A DNA stretch of 64,000 nucleotides, taken from Lingula anatina (lineage: Eukaryota; Animalia; Brachiopoda). The position numbers and the translations under genes were made by a program. The DNA lies in NCBI GenBank assembly GCA_051362555.1, contig CM120644.1, positions 7,014,954 through 7,078,953 of the forward strand. The letters are read 5' to 3'. Below, piece by piece: positions 29,173 to 40,061 of this stretch (position 1 is its first letter; each line of letters starts with the position of its first letter). The notes under the pieces are model-generated. The model saw only the letters and a list, made by a program, of their open reading frames with translations. It made no database searches and was not told the DNA's origin.

Positions 29173-31062
29173 GTTATATTTTCCTTCAGCAAAGAGATCC
29201 TTAAAGATGTGACATTTGTTGTTCCTCCAGGCCAAACATATGCATTGGTAAGTATTGATTATTTTTGAGAGAGAAACAGAGGAAATAATATGTGCTTGAC
29301 TGTGCTAATTGTTAATTTTAAAATAATGTTTTGATTTACGATTTTTGTGGATTTTTTTGAAAAAAGAAAGATTGCATATAGATTTCCTTTTTGCTAGTGG
29401 CACAGAATGAAAAGAATGGTTTCATGATACATACATTTTTGTATTCTTTGGCCAGAGAGTTCCATTTTATTAACTAAGAACCACACAGCATGTATTTGAA
29501 TTCTTTTATCTGAAAGCTTTAATATACTTTTAACTTTTATTATTAATATATAATATATGATATATTTGGGAATATATCATAATATATGATATATTTGGGA
29601 ATATATCATAATTTATGATATATTTGTTTAAATTAACACAACGACTTTTTTTTAGCTTTTTGGACAATGCATTTACAAGTTTGTACCAGGTGTGCCTAGA
29701 TTTGAAAAAAAAAAAATCATGTTGTATTTAATTAATTATTATGACTGCAGGTAGGACACTCTGGCAGTGGTAAGAGCACCATCATACGGCTGCTGTTCAG
29801 GTTTTATGATGTCACTTCTGGAACAATACGCATTGATGGTCAGGATATCAGCCAGGTAGGTAATTTTCTAAATTTAGTTGTTTATCCCAGGTGGTATAAT
29901 GCTCAAGACTTCAGTACGTTAGTTTCTAGTGGTCATTGTATAGTGTATTAATTTTTGTTTCTCTTGTATTCTTTTATTTATTAAGAAACCAATGTATTTA
30001 TTTCTGGTCATTGGGTACCCATTTATTTAGAATATATAATTATCTATATGTATTTTTACTAACACCATTGCCATGGCATTATTATTATTATCATTGTTAT
30101 TATAATTATAATTATTATTATTAATATGTTGGTGAAAATGAACTGTAAATAGGCACTTACATGTTTCAGAATCTGTAGATGTAGATAAAAAATGACCATG
30201 CAAGTTCTTATAAAATAAAATTTAAAACAGTTTTTTACACCTCATCCAGGTTCAGCAGGAAAGTGTGAGGAAGGCCATAGGTGTGGTGCCACAGGATACA
30301 GTGCTGTTCAATAATGATATAAGGTAGGACCACCAGTGCACACATTGTGTGAGGTGTGTCTCAACTAACACAATTGAAGAAAGTGTTACTGCAGCTAGAA
30401 TTCCGATTGACCTAGTGTGTTAGCTCTCATTGTGTAGAGAGTCTTAACTCACACAACTGACCGTAATCCAAATCTGACACGTATTCACCATTGTCTTAGA
30501 CCCTTTTCACATCTTGTGATAAGTTTCAGTCATACTTTCTTGCTTGGAATGAGTCCGCATTGATAAAACATATTTGTGTATTCCAGTGAAGATACTCTTT
30601 TTGTTACCTCTCTAGAAAATTTCAGTTTTCATAGAGTTTGAATCATTCTTTTATTGTTTCTTACCTACTAGTATGTTACTAAAACTAATACAGTTGATTT
30701 TCTCCTATAGATATAACATTCGCTATGGTCGTGTCACAGCAGGAGACCCAGATGTGGAGAGTGCAGCAGCAGCTGCAGATATTCATGACAGGATTCAAAC
30801 CTTCCCTGAAGGTAAACCATGATGGAAGAAAAACAGGAAAGACTGAGCAAAATTGATGTTTAAGTTTATAATATTTCTGCACATGAATTCATCTGGTACA
30901 TGTTTAGGCCTATCTATGTATTTACTCTAGGTTGCCATAAATCCATGTTTGAAGATGGATAGACTAGCAAGTGATTACATTGTGATTTTGAACCGAAATA
31001 TTGTATGAGTCAATTTTAAAGGATGGAAAGTTTTAGCTGTAAATTTGCTCCAGGTATCTTTT

Positions 31063-31115
<53 letters not shown>

Positions 31116-32410
31116 AAGGGAAGGCTTATGTTTTAAACAATTTTGTCTGCAAAACTTCAACTGGATGTGAAATGAGTTAGTTTCAGTGTCTTAGTAAGTT
31201 TTGTGACTGTGTTTATTTTGTCAATGAATACCAGGTTACAAAACAGTGGTTGGTGAGAGGGGACTGAAGTTGAGTGGAGGAGAGAAACAGAGAGTTGCCA
31301 TTGCGAGGACGATGCTAAAAAATCCAGCCATTGTCTTGTTAGATGAGGTACTTGTAGAACTTAAATTTCACCTCATTTGCTTTTTTAATGATATTTATGG
31401 TAATAGCTTTTACTCTTTTAATTCAAGGTTTCAACAATTTTTAGTTAGAATTTCTGCTGAGTTGTAACAGAAGAGAAGACACAAGTATGCAGTAAGGATA
31501 TAAAAACAAAAATTGTTCAAAAAAGATAATTAAGAGCTCTTTTTTTATTTTCTAGGCAACGTCTGCCCTTGACACAAAGACGGAGAGAAATATCCAGAGT
31601 TCTCTGGCCAAAATCTGTGATAACAGAACCACTTTGGTTGTGGCTCACCGTCTGTCCACCATCATTCACGCTGATCAGATCCTGGTGGTGCATGAAGGGG
31701 AGATAATTGAGAGGGGAACGTAAGTGATTCAGTACCTCAAATTTAAGGGGAGATCTTTGAGGGGGGAACGTAAGTGATTCAGAATTTCAAATTGAAGGGT
31801 AGATCTTTCAGAAGAGAATGTAAGTGATTCAGAATCTCAAATTGAAGGGGAGATCTTTGAGAGGGTAGGGTAAGTGATTCAGAATCTCAAATCTAAGGGG
31901 ATATCTTTGAGAGGGGAGTGTAAGTGATTCAGTTGTTCTAATTTAAGGCGATGTCACAGAGAGGGGAATGTGAGTGATTTAGTTAGTCAAAGGGGAAGAG
32001 CTTTGAATTCAGATACTTATTTCAGTAAGGTTAGATAGATATTAGTTTTGAATAATGTAGTGCTAGTTAACTGAACAGCATGATGCGTTGTGATTTCTCT
32101 ATCTGATTATAGTAGGATTTCTGTGATTCTTGGGCTAAAAGCAGATATATTCTCATAGTAATACATGCAATTTGCTGTAGATTTTTTTTTTTATTATTTG
32201 ATAAGAATTTCATTTGTGGCCTCAGAAAAAAGCTGTACATATTTGTCTGTTGACTAAGAGATTAAATGTTGCGTTCTCAGGCATGAAGAGCTGTTAGCCC
32301 TGAACAAGGCGTATGCGGACATGTGGCACCAACAGAGGTCAAAACTGGACGACGCTGGCGAAGAGAGCAATGGCAGTGGTTCATCTGAACTGGACAAGAA
32401 AGAGGAGTAG
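16907..32410 (+). CDS. ABCB6: ABC half-transporter ABCB6/HMT-1 (TMD0 + ABC TMD + NBD), 19 coding exons
   Basis: Exons 16907-17406, 19128-19281, 21345/21348-21531, 21931-22014, 22488-22590, 22954-23043, 23304-23425, 23900-24009, 24360-24425, 25322-25542, 28168-28231, 28738-28823, 29190-29247, 29751-29855, 30250-30323, 30711-30811, 31235-31347, 31556-31719, 32281-32410. N-terminus FCPENSS...GLNHCFVDT and [10 protein letters not shown]; [21 protein letters not shown]; [14 protein letters not shown]; Walker [10 protein letters not shown]; LSGGEKQR; Walker B IVLLDEATSALD; H-loop VAHRLST. Confidence 0.96.
18562..18815. mobile_element. Tourist-like MITE, 'GATCGATC' family
   Basis: TIR TTCCCACAGATTTAGATCGATC / GATCGATCTTAATATCTGTGGGAA; TAA on both flanks (18559-18561, 18816-18818); internally similar to copies at 38241, 38915, 39280 and 49022. 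Confidence 0.75.
19784..20021. mobile_element. TA-flanked MITE (Tc1/mariner-type target)
   Basis: Near-perfect ~30-bp TIR CACACACTGGACAATAGAAGTGTCATCCCT / GGGGTGACACTTCTATTGTCCAGTGTGTG, with TA on both sides. Confidence 0.75.
20640..21030 (-). mobile_element. Possible highly decayed LINE (CR1/L2-group) reverse-transcriptase fragment
   Basis: Minus-strand translation gives ...[12 protein letters not shown]... followed by frameshifted segments resembling GPLLFSxY and the YADD region, in the order expected for non-LTR RT; no intact motif. Confidence 0.3.
21563..21630. repeat. (CT)n(GT)n compound microsatellite
   Basis: Visible. Confidence 0.9.
24675..25014. mobile_element. Non-autonomous element with CACTA...TAGTG termini (CACTA/CMC-like)
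   Basis: ~65-bp TIR CACTAGTGGGCTAGATTTGGTCTTAAAGTGCAATTTAAG... mirrored at 24950-25014; TAA on both sides; short internal CTCACAAT repeats. Confidence 0.75.
25724..27955. mobile_element. Decayed ~2.2 kb Kolobok-like DNA transposon in ABCB6 intron 10
   Basis: TTAA-AGG...CCT-TTAA ends (TIR match weak); inverted subterminal motifs GGTCACGTGG..TGACGACAATC (25905 / 27763-27788) and AACTGAGCTGCAT (25953 / 27716); THAP-like start MPWCVAVG at 26027 (+); KolX-like remnants DYCI*GPC (27499-27522) and TGFIEE (~27232-27250) on the minus strand. Confidence 0.55.
28316..28363. repeat. (AT)n microsatellite
   Basis: Visible. Confidence 0.95.
29551..29626. repeat. 29-bp tandem repeat, ~2.6 copies
   Basis: Unit TAATATATGATATATTTGGGAATATATCA. 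Confidence 0.8.
31694..31990 (+). repeat. 50-bp minisatellite (6 units) derived from the ABCB6 exon 18 end plus splice donor
   Basis: Unit ~GAAGGGGAGATCTTTGAGAGGGGAAC|GTAAGTGATTCAGAATCTCAAATT; GT donors at 31720, 31770, 31820, 31870, 31920, 31970. Confidence 0.9.
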
Positions 32411-33794
32411 TGGTCAGTAATGGTAAGTTATAGCCTGACTGATTGTCAGTGTTTCTTGATGACTTTCTGAAATTGATTGACGCTCAGGGGAGTCTGCATT
32501 TTTAATCTTACACATTGTACTTTTCAGTAAAATAATTAGTTAGTGAATGAATAAAAAGTTATTTTATTTTTCAGCTATTTTCACGCTTGAAAGAGAGATG
32601 CCAAGTAATATATCCAGTTTTACTAAACTTTGTCACAAAAATAAAATCATCTATTTGAGTCAACTCTTTACGTAATCTTTTTGTTTTTTTCAGCATTCAT
32701 AAATGACATGTAAATCCATCCAGTGGCATCCAAGACATCAGTGGAAAAACTTGCCATTTTATCCCCAAATACCAGTTTTTCAAGAAACTATGAAAATATA
32801 TGAGATTGTTTAAACTAGTGTTTTCATGGTTTTTGCATGATTGTGTTGAGTGACACATGTGACCTGGGAGCAACTCCTGAACAGGAGACTGAAAGTGCTA
32901 TTTATGGGCCTTACGCTAACATTTGGGTAATAAGTGGTTGGTAAAGGTTATACTGTCTGTAGTTATACCACTGCTTGTCTTGTATATTCACAAGGACTTC
33001 AGAATAAAATGAGGTCTTGGTCCTTTATTGCTTTTTTTATAGCCAAACTGACAAGAACAGGATTTTGTTTTTAAAATCTTTTTGTATATCATACATTTTA
33101 GTAAATGAATAATGTATGAAAAACATATGCATGATGTTTTGAATGATGTTTGAGCATTTATCATGATAATTGTAACGGAAGTACGTTATTAGTGTGTGTT
33201 TTTGAAGAACTTTCTACAGCCATTTGAAGTGGACTTCTGGTCAAGTGACGCATTTGCTCATGCAGAATTTACCCTGCCAATTTTCCCTGTATCAAGTATG
33301 ATACAAAACATGTATGTTGTCTATATGCATTTATTATTATTGTTTTTTTTTTATTAAAATATTTAAGCAGTTATAAGAACGTGTGATGCTCAAGAATGTG
33401 TGCTACTGTTCAAATTCAATAATGGGTTATAGTATAATAGATTGTTGGTCACTTTCTAGTTTTCATTTAATATTTTCATGGGTACTTTTACTTCAGGGCA
33501 CTGTTAATTTCACATAGTTGGGACAAAGTCCATTCTCCATCAGAATTAGGTCTAGCATCTATATTTATGCCAACAGAAAGGTCCACTTTCTCAGAGAAAG
33601 AACCCTACCCACAAAGGCAGAGGCCTGGCTGTTGTATAATATTTATCCTTTGAAGACTTTGGTATTGGTGTTGTTTAAATGTTTAGGTCCTGATTTATAT
33701 CCATTTTAAAGAGTGATAAAAGGTTGCAATTTTTAATATAATGAATTAAATTTAAGCAGGAAACTGATCAAATTATTTTCATTATTTCTGTTAA

Positions 33795-34191
33795 AGGGTT
33801 AATAACTCTTTGTTTTGGCCAAAAAATGATTTTTCCTTGAGTAAATAACAATTTTCCCAAACATACCAATGGTTAATGAATCCATTTTTACATTCAATGT
33901 TTGTCCCTGTTTTTTTTTTTTTTTTTTTTTTTTTTAAATGTTTTTTTTTTTTTTTTTTTTTGTTATAATCTCTTAAGAGATTATAATTTCTTAAGATATT
34001 ATAATCTCATTAGAGATTATAACAGAGTAAATAGCCGTCAGTGGAGGTCGAGTGGTCTAAAGACAAGCTCAGATATCAGAATAATATAGCTCTAACTGCC
34101 GTTTTTGTGGTAAAACAGAATATATTATATTTCCATGAGTTGATCACACTGTTTTTGTTGTGAAATATAGATTTCATACTAAGAGTTATTA
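33795..34191. mobile_element. Second, inverted copy of the Kolobok-like MITE at 179-515; right end degraded
   Basis: TTAA|AGGGTTAATAACTCTT start; reverse-complement match to 184-515; absent at the paralogous site ~41220. Confidence 0.75.
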
Positions 34192-35340
34192 TTTATGGTT
34201 CTGGCAAATCCATTATATACTGTGCTATATAAGGTGGCATTAATTTTATTTCCGAAATAAGTAGTGAAACAAACTTTACCAAAAGAAAGAATCAAGACCT
34301 GTTCATGCAGAGATTGATACATCAAGTACATGTACAGATGTACGTCACTTTTAATGGCGTTTGAAGATGATGAATACGTCTCGTACAAGCACATTCGAGT
34401 CATGCAATAGTTTTGCACTTTAAAGTAATTAAATTTTGTCATTCAGATTTTTTTTCGTCCAGAGGCTGAAGTGTCAAGCCATAAATTCGGATAGATTTGC
34501 TAGTTTTTATTGTAATTAAACACAATATAAAAATGGACAAGTATACAGGTACAGGTAAGCTTAATGGAATGCATTTGCTAGAGAAAAATATACAAAAACA
34601 TAAGACGATTTAAAATGTGATGATATTACTGTAAAAAAATAATCCGTGTTCTCACTTTCCATTTTGAACACGTCGGGTTATTCCTTGTCTACAATAAAGG
34701 AACAGCGAGGATGACTAAACGTCATCAGTTGCCTACGCTTTTTTTCGGAGACTCGCTTTGAAACCGAGCCTCGTCATCAACACGTGGCTGATTGGCGGAA
34801 GTGATTTGGTTTGAGACACGATATATGATTTTAGAGACGATATGTCACTCGCAATCTCATTGACGCTTTCTTTTGGGGAAAGCACGCAGGCCTACAGTTT
34901 GTAAAGATAACAACTTGTGCTTTTAAAGCTGATTAATTCCTGGCGCGATTTATGACATTTGTTCGCCTATGGAGATCTAAGCAAAGCTTGTAAAATTAAA
35001 GTTAATAGGCTCTATGTGATTTAACAATATGATTTTCTTCGTCATTTCGACTACCAAAAAAAAAAAAAAAAAAAAGGAGAAAAGCAATTGCCCAAAATAA
35101 CAATAATTCGTTTATATTTAAAATAAACATCTGTCTAAAATCCATCGGTCCTTATATTTTCCTGTCAAACTTATTGTTCTTGCTTGGTTCTTGGATATAT
35201 ATACATCTGTACATTGTATTAGTTAACTAATGTGTCACTTCTTGTGTGAGAATTCACAATAAAAGCTGCCTCCAAGAAGCTAACTGTGCTACGAATCGTG
35301 CTATTGATCTAAAAATACTTTTGTCCCGAAATGTCGTTGT

Positions 35341-38300
35341 CTATAAAATTTTAGCCAGCAAAACGATTCCAATCACAGATGAAATATGGACAAGCAGCGA
35401 GGAGGCCCCGGAATCTGCCGATATGACACTGCTTGTGACATTCACCCAATACATTGGTTTTTCTTGAAGAACGGTGCCACTGAAATTAAAATAAAGATAT
35501 GAAGACAGGTTCAGCATTCCGGGTCAAAAATTTTGCTGAAAAGTAGGGGGCAATGTCTTGCAACCTTCGAAACCCTGGATTTGTTGACGGTTAATTATTT
35601 TGAAACTAACTTCTTGTTGTAAAAGCTTATGTCTAGGTTTTGCTAGTTCTTCCAAATAGCACTTCTTCACAGATCACGATTTTAACTCTGGGATGTAGGG
35701 CCTACACCTACTTATTGGTGTGTAAACAATGCCTTGTTGCTAAGAAGAACTATTTAATCAATTTCGCTTTAGTTTTATAGGTGGATGACATTTGCTTAAG
35801 TATGATAATCAATCTAAGTCAATAGACACGAAAAGTTATACAGAAATAACGTGTTTAAATTGCCGCACAAAATTGAAACTAGTTATAGGCCTATCGAGCG
35901 CAAGTGTCTCTAGTCTTACGCAATTAGAACTTCCTGACACATTTTGTCTGATCACAACTAACGCAATGCACCATGCAACCACACCTACGAGACATACTCC
36001 AAATACTCACTAAAACTGCACATTTCCAACTCCTGTGGAAGGTGCTGTCCACACAAATGTCATGTTGTTTTTGGTGGTCGACGAACTAGTCTGAGTAATC
36101 CCGTTGTTGGCTCCCCCGTCAGGACAGGGACGAAACTTGAAGTTGGTCGGAGGGGTCTGAAAGGTCCCTACCACCTCGTTGGTACCCTCCTTACGCGCTT
36201 GAAGGAGAAGACCCTTGAAATCCACCGTACCTCTAACGGTCACTGAAATTGTAAAATATTGATTGGTTGGATATACATGTAGCAATTGATAGTGGATTAA
36301 TAAGAGGCCAATCATAGATCATTAGTCGGCACGTTTTTTCACAAAATCAAAACTTATTTTAGCTATAGCATATGTGAAATCATTGCAAGTCCTACTTTAA
36401 GACCTGTCCTCCATCAAGTAAAGACAGGAATCTATTCTGTCAACGCCGTAAAGAGTCGGACAAAAAACAGTTTGGATCAAGATTACCTATCGCTGTTTAA
36501 AAAATAAGTGAAAAACTCTCGCCTTCCCGATTTAAATATCAGATGGCTACTTAAATAAAACAGCGCCCTGGCTATGAAATGATTACTGTATTTCGTATGG
36601 ATTAAAGTTGTTACGTTGTTTACTTAAAAGGCGGATAATGTCCACTCAGTTCAAGCAAAAAGCCAACGTAATATTGTTCCTTTGACACTTTGTCCACAGC
36701 AATAAAGCTAAGCAATAATACAGGTTCGACTGACCTGATGACTTATAAACAATGGACATCTAACAAGTTAGAATAGTGTACAGGGTATATAGGTTATCAC
36801 CAGCTTTTTGGTAGATGATGCTTATGTATTATAGTTACTAAAGGCGAAAGATCGCATGTATATATGATAACACAATCTTGCTGACATATGTGGGACACTC
36901 GGGTGGAAATGCTATGTTTCGTATAATATTGGTTCGCTTGTTAAACTTGATTTATCTATTTATTTTTGGGGAAGATGGGGAGGGGTACCTCCAAAGCTAA
37001 GTGGGAGGGGGGAATAACCCGTAGCCCTTTTTGCCCACCCTCGGATTCGCCATAAAAGTACGCTGATGACAATGTCTGATAATTTGACACACGTCTGCAT
37101 ATGTACCTCATCACTGATTTTAGACAAAACGTCATTGACCATATCTGATACTGGAGACTGGATTACAGACTCTCATCTTCAGAAACCGTGAACCTGTGAC
37201 CAAAAGAGCCAATCCGTTCTCGAAATTTATTTACATGTCAATTCCTTGGACTCATCAGCACCTCGCACTCGTATCACTTTATAATCCATGCGCGGTATAT
37301 GTGTGATGAATTAGGAGAGTATACAATTTGGCACAATGATTGATATTATCAAAAATAAATAAATAAAACTCAGGTGAAAATGTCATCTAAAAGGCTGTAA
37401 AACCAGGTCGCAAAAATTACTGGAATCCTAAAATAAGTGAAAACGGATGCGAAGAAGTGCTATTCACCTAAATTATATACACGTCCTTCAGATTTCATCT
37501 CTTTTTTTTTTCTCATTGGATCGATGTCGTGTCAAAAGGTATTACGTTACATTTCAATTTTAAACGCCACAGACACACAAAAAAATAATACACGGCTGCA
37601 AGTTACGGTGGTGATTTCTACACAACTACTCGTCGCAGAGGAAATATTTTTATGGTTCTTCGTATTTTTAAATGGATATATCTTTGCAACGCAGTTTTGA
37701 TTTAATTACACAAATGTAGGTGAAGAAAGTTACATTACATAGACCCTTTAAAAGACCTTAAAATTGTTCTCTCAACTGGCACTGCAAGACGTCATACGAG
37801 ACTAAAAACGTGCGAAAATCAGCTTCTCAGCTATTAAATTACAAGTCTGTGCGTCGGAAATAACACCTTATAAAGCAATACAAAATTACACACAAAACTT
37901 GGTGAAAACGTACTTTCGTGCAATAGACTGTTATTCGCCAGAATCTAAGAAACCAGAAAATATTTGGAAAACATTCAGCTACTATTTGTTCCGTGTCTGC
38001 ACTCCGTAGTTGGTGACTATTTCTAACACGTACCAGTACCTTCCTCCTCCAAGCTATCTACTTTTCGTACAAATGCAAATCAATGAAACCCAACTCTTGA
38101 GATAACAATCGAATTTTTTTAAATGCGTTCACTGCTTTTATACATGATCCAACGACAACATTGCTTTGACATTCGTCCTTGGCTCATTTATACCATTACT
38201 GTGTGTACGAATTCACAGCAGGAATAACAGCAGAAAGTAAGAACCCATTCACATTCCTACATCGATCTGACAAGATCGACCCATCTCGACCATTCTCGTA

Positions 38301-39783
38301 AAATTGCATTCATGTTAAGCGGTTAGATGTCTGGCACGCCTACTGAAGCTGCTGAAAAATAGTTAACTACCCCCTTACAGCTTAATTTAGCGAGAAACCC
38401 CTCTGAGATGGGTCGATCCTGCTCGATCGATGTAGGTATGAGAATGGGGTCTAAGCCATTGCCTTCTATCAGAGGCTAGCTGACCGAGGAAGTAAATAAC
38501 TGTGCAAAAATACTCGCTGTAGTGACATGCAAACGTAAGAGAAAACCAATCATCTCAACCTGGGCGTCGTTAATTTGTCTTAATTCGGTCAGCAAGAAAA
38601 CGCTGGTACGTTTACTATGCACCTGTGCCCCTCCCGCCACCCCTAGATCCAACAGTGACTAGGCAGAATCGGTTGAACTATATATTAACCGTGTCGTTTG
38701 TGATAAAATACTATATCTTAGGTTATAAAAAAGCGTGACTCAGCACTTCGAGATAATTTTTAGTACACAGGAATGATATTAGTTTTAATCTTCCTCAAAA
38801 CGTAATTCAACGAAAACATAAATAATAATCATTATCCTTATCCTCAGTAGGGACATACCCTCCGATATGAGGACCCACTCAAATACGTACAAAATCGCTT
38901 TCAAAAGTTTTGTAACCGACCGATATAACAGGATCGGGCCATCTCCGCGGGGTTTCTTGCTAAAATGCTTTCAGTTAAGTGGCTTAAATATATGGAACGC
39001 CTACTAAAGCTGCTAAACGATAGTTAATTACCCCCTATCAGTTTCAGTAGGCGTGGCAGACATCTAAGCCGCCTAAGTTAATTCCAATAAGCGAGAATCC
39101 CCTTGGAGATAGTTCGATCCAAAGTTACTACGATAGTCTCTGGGAATGGTCTCTAATACTGGACACTCACGCAGATCTGCTAGATGTTTTGCAGAGACTC
39201 GTTTCGTCCAAAAGGACATCATCAGGAATCTGTCACTACATAAGTGTCCAGTATAAGAGTTGATATTTTTTTTGTCTTAGAGACCATTCCCAGAGACTAT
39301 CGTACTAACTTTGGATCAAACTATCTCCAAGATTTCTCAAGAATTCTCACTTAATTGCAATTAACTTAAGCGGCTTAGATGTCAGCTACGCCTACTGAAG
39401 CTGATAGGGGGTAATTAATTATCATTTGGCAGCTTCAAACAGGATCAGTCCATCTCCACGGGGTTTCTTAAGCCACTTAAGCTGAGAGCAATATAGCGAG
39501 AAACCCCGTGGAGATGGACCGATCCTGTTTGATCGATCTAGGGATGGGGACCCAGTCTTAGATCCGTTGTGTATCACCTACCGTTCACTGTTTGTCCAGG
39601 GGTGTAGCTAGACACCTGGACGGAAACGGTGTATGGACTGGCTCCAGTCTGGGGCTGTGTCCCATTGTGTCCGGGGACCATAGTTACGCAGGCGGCGGGA
39701 GGAGCCCCGCTTCCGAACCCCTGCACCCTAACCAGGACACAGCCGAGGAAGACCACGGCAAGGATCCATGTGTAGCTGCTCAT
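35341..39783 (-). CDS. Reeler-domain protein A (defense protein/FRRS1 N-terminal-like), signal peptide + predicted GPI anchor, 190 aa
   Basis: Exons 39783-39582, 36242-36011, 35479-35341 (573 nt, in frame). Reeler motifs GAPPAACVTMVPGH, SPYTV, FKGLLLQAR, VGTF, WTAP, GNVQFYGTV..YW; C-terminus DSGASSLLVHISSVIGIVLLAKIL*. Confidence 0.9.
38241..38451. mobile_element. Tourist-like MITE, 'GATCGATC' family
   Basis: ~47-bp imperfect TIR GAACCCATTCACATTCCTACATCGATC... / ...GATCGATGTAGGTATGAGAATGGGGTC; TAA on both sides. Confidence 0.8.
38915..39153. mobile_element. 'GATCGATC'-family MITE, left end truncated
   Basis: Ends TGGGAATGGTCTC|TAA; reverse complement of the copy at 39280-39557. Confidence 0.7.
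39156..39254 (-). ncRNA. Candidate, probably degenerate, minimal hammerhead ribozyme motif inside a closing hairpin
   Basis: Minus strand reads CAGAUUC-CUGAUGA-U-GUCC-UUUU-GGAC-GAAAC-GA-GUC-UCUG, enclosed by a 19-bp stem whose three non-Watson-Crick pairs are all G-U on this strand. Confidence 0.5.
39280..39557. mobile_element. 'GATCGATC'-family MITE, full length
   Basis: TTA on both sides (39277-39279, 39558-39560); starts GAGACCATTCCCAGAGAC; absent next to the paralogous donor at ~46855. Confidence 0.8.
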
Positions 39784-39995
39784 CTTTTTTTTTTTTTTTT
39801 TTCTGGTCGAATAGTGTGCTTCCAAAGCCTTTAATTCAAGCCACTGAGTAACAAACAGTGTAAATATTGCCTATTAACTAGAAACAGATAACCTCAAAGC
39901 CGTTGGTATCACTCGCTGTACAGGAATGCAGGTGACTGTTGTTGACCTCAGAATGAACATAGAAAGTTTGAACCGACGGTTAGGTAGGCCGGCGG

Positions 39996-40061
39996 TGAGT
40001 TAGTGACGTCACTTATTATGATTCCCTGAGGCGTGATGACCGGCGAGGTCACGTTCACGTC
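39996..40061 (-). promoter_or_regulatory. Putative reeler A promoter module (AP-1-like + CRE + CACGT boxes)
   Basis: TGAGTTA-G-TGACGTCA (CRE 40004-40011) ~220 bp upstream of the ATG; conserved in copy B. Confidence 0.5.

Noticed and set aside
31694-31990. Regularly spaced repeats resembling a CRISPR array
   Set aside because: The intervening sequences are similar to each other and derive from the exon end; eukaryotic context, no cas genes.
8403-32410. Functional coupling of the adjacent SLC28 and ABCB6 transporters
   Set aside because: Adjacency alone is not evidence in an animal genome; each gene appears to have its own upstream and 3' region.
37235-37270. Second hammerhead-like string on the minus strand (CUGAUGAGUCCAAGGA)
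   Set aside because: Lacks the GAAA box and stem III.
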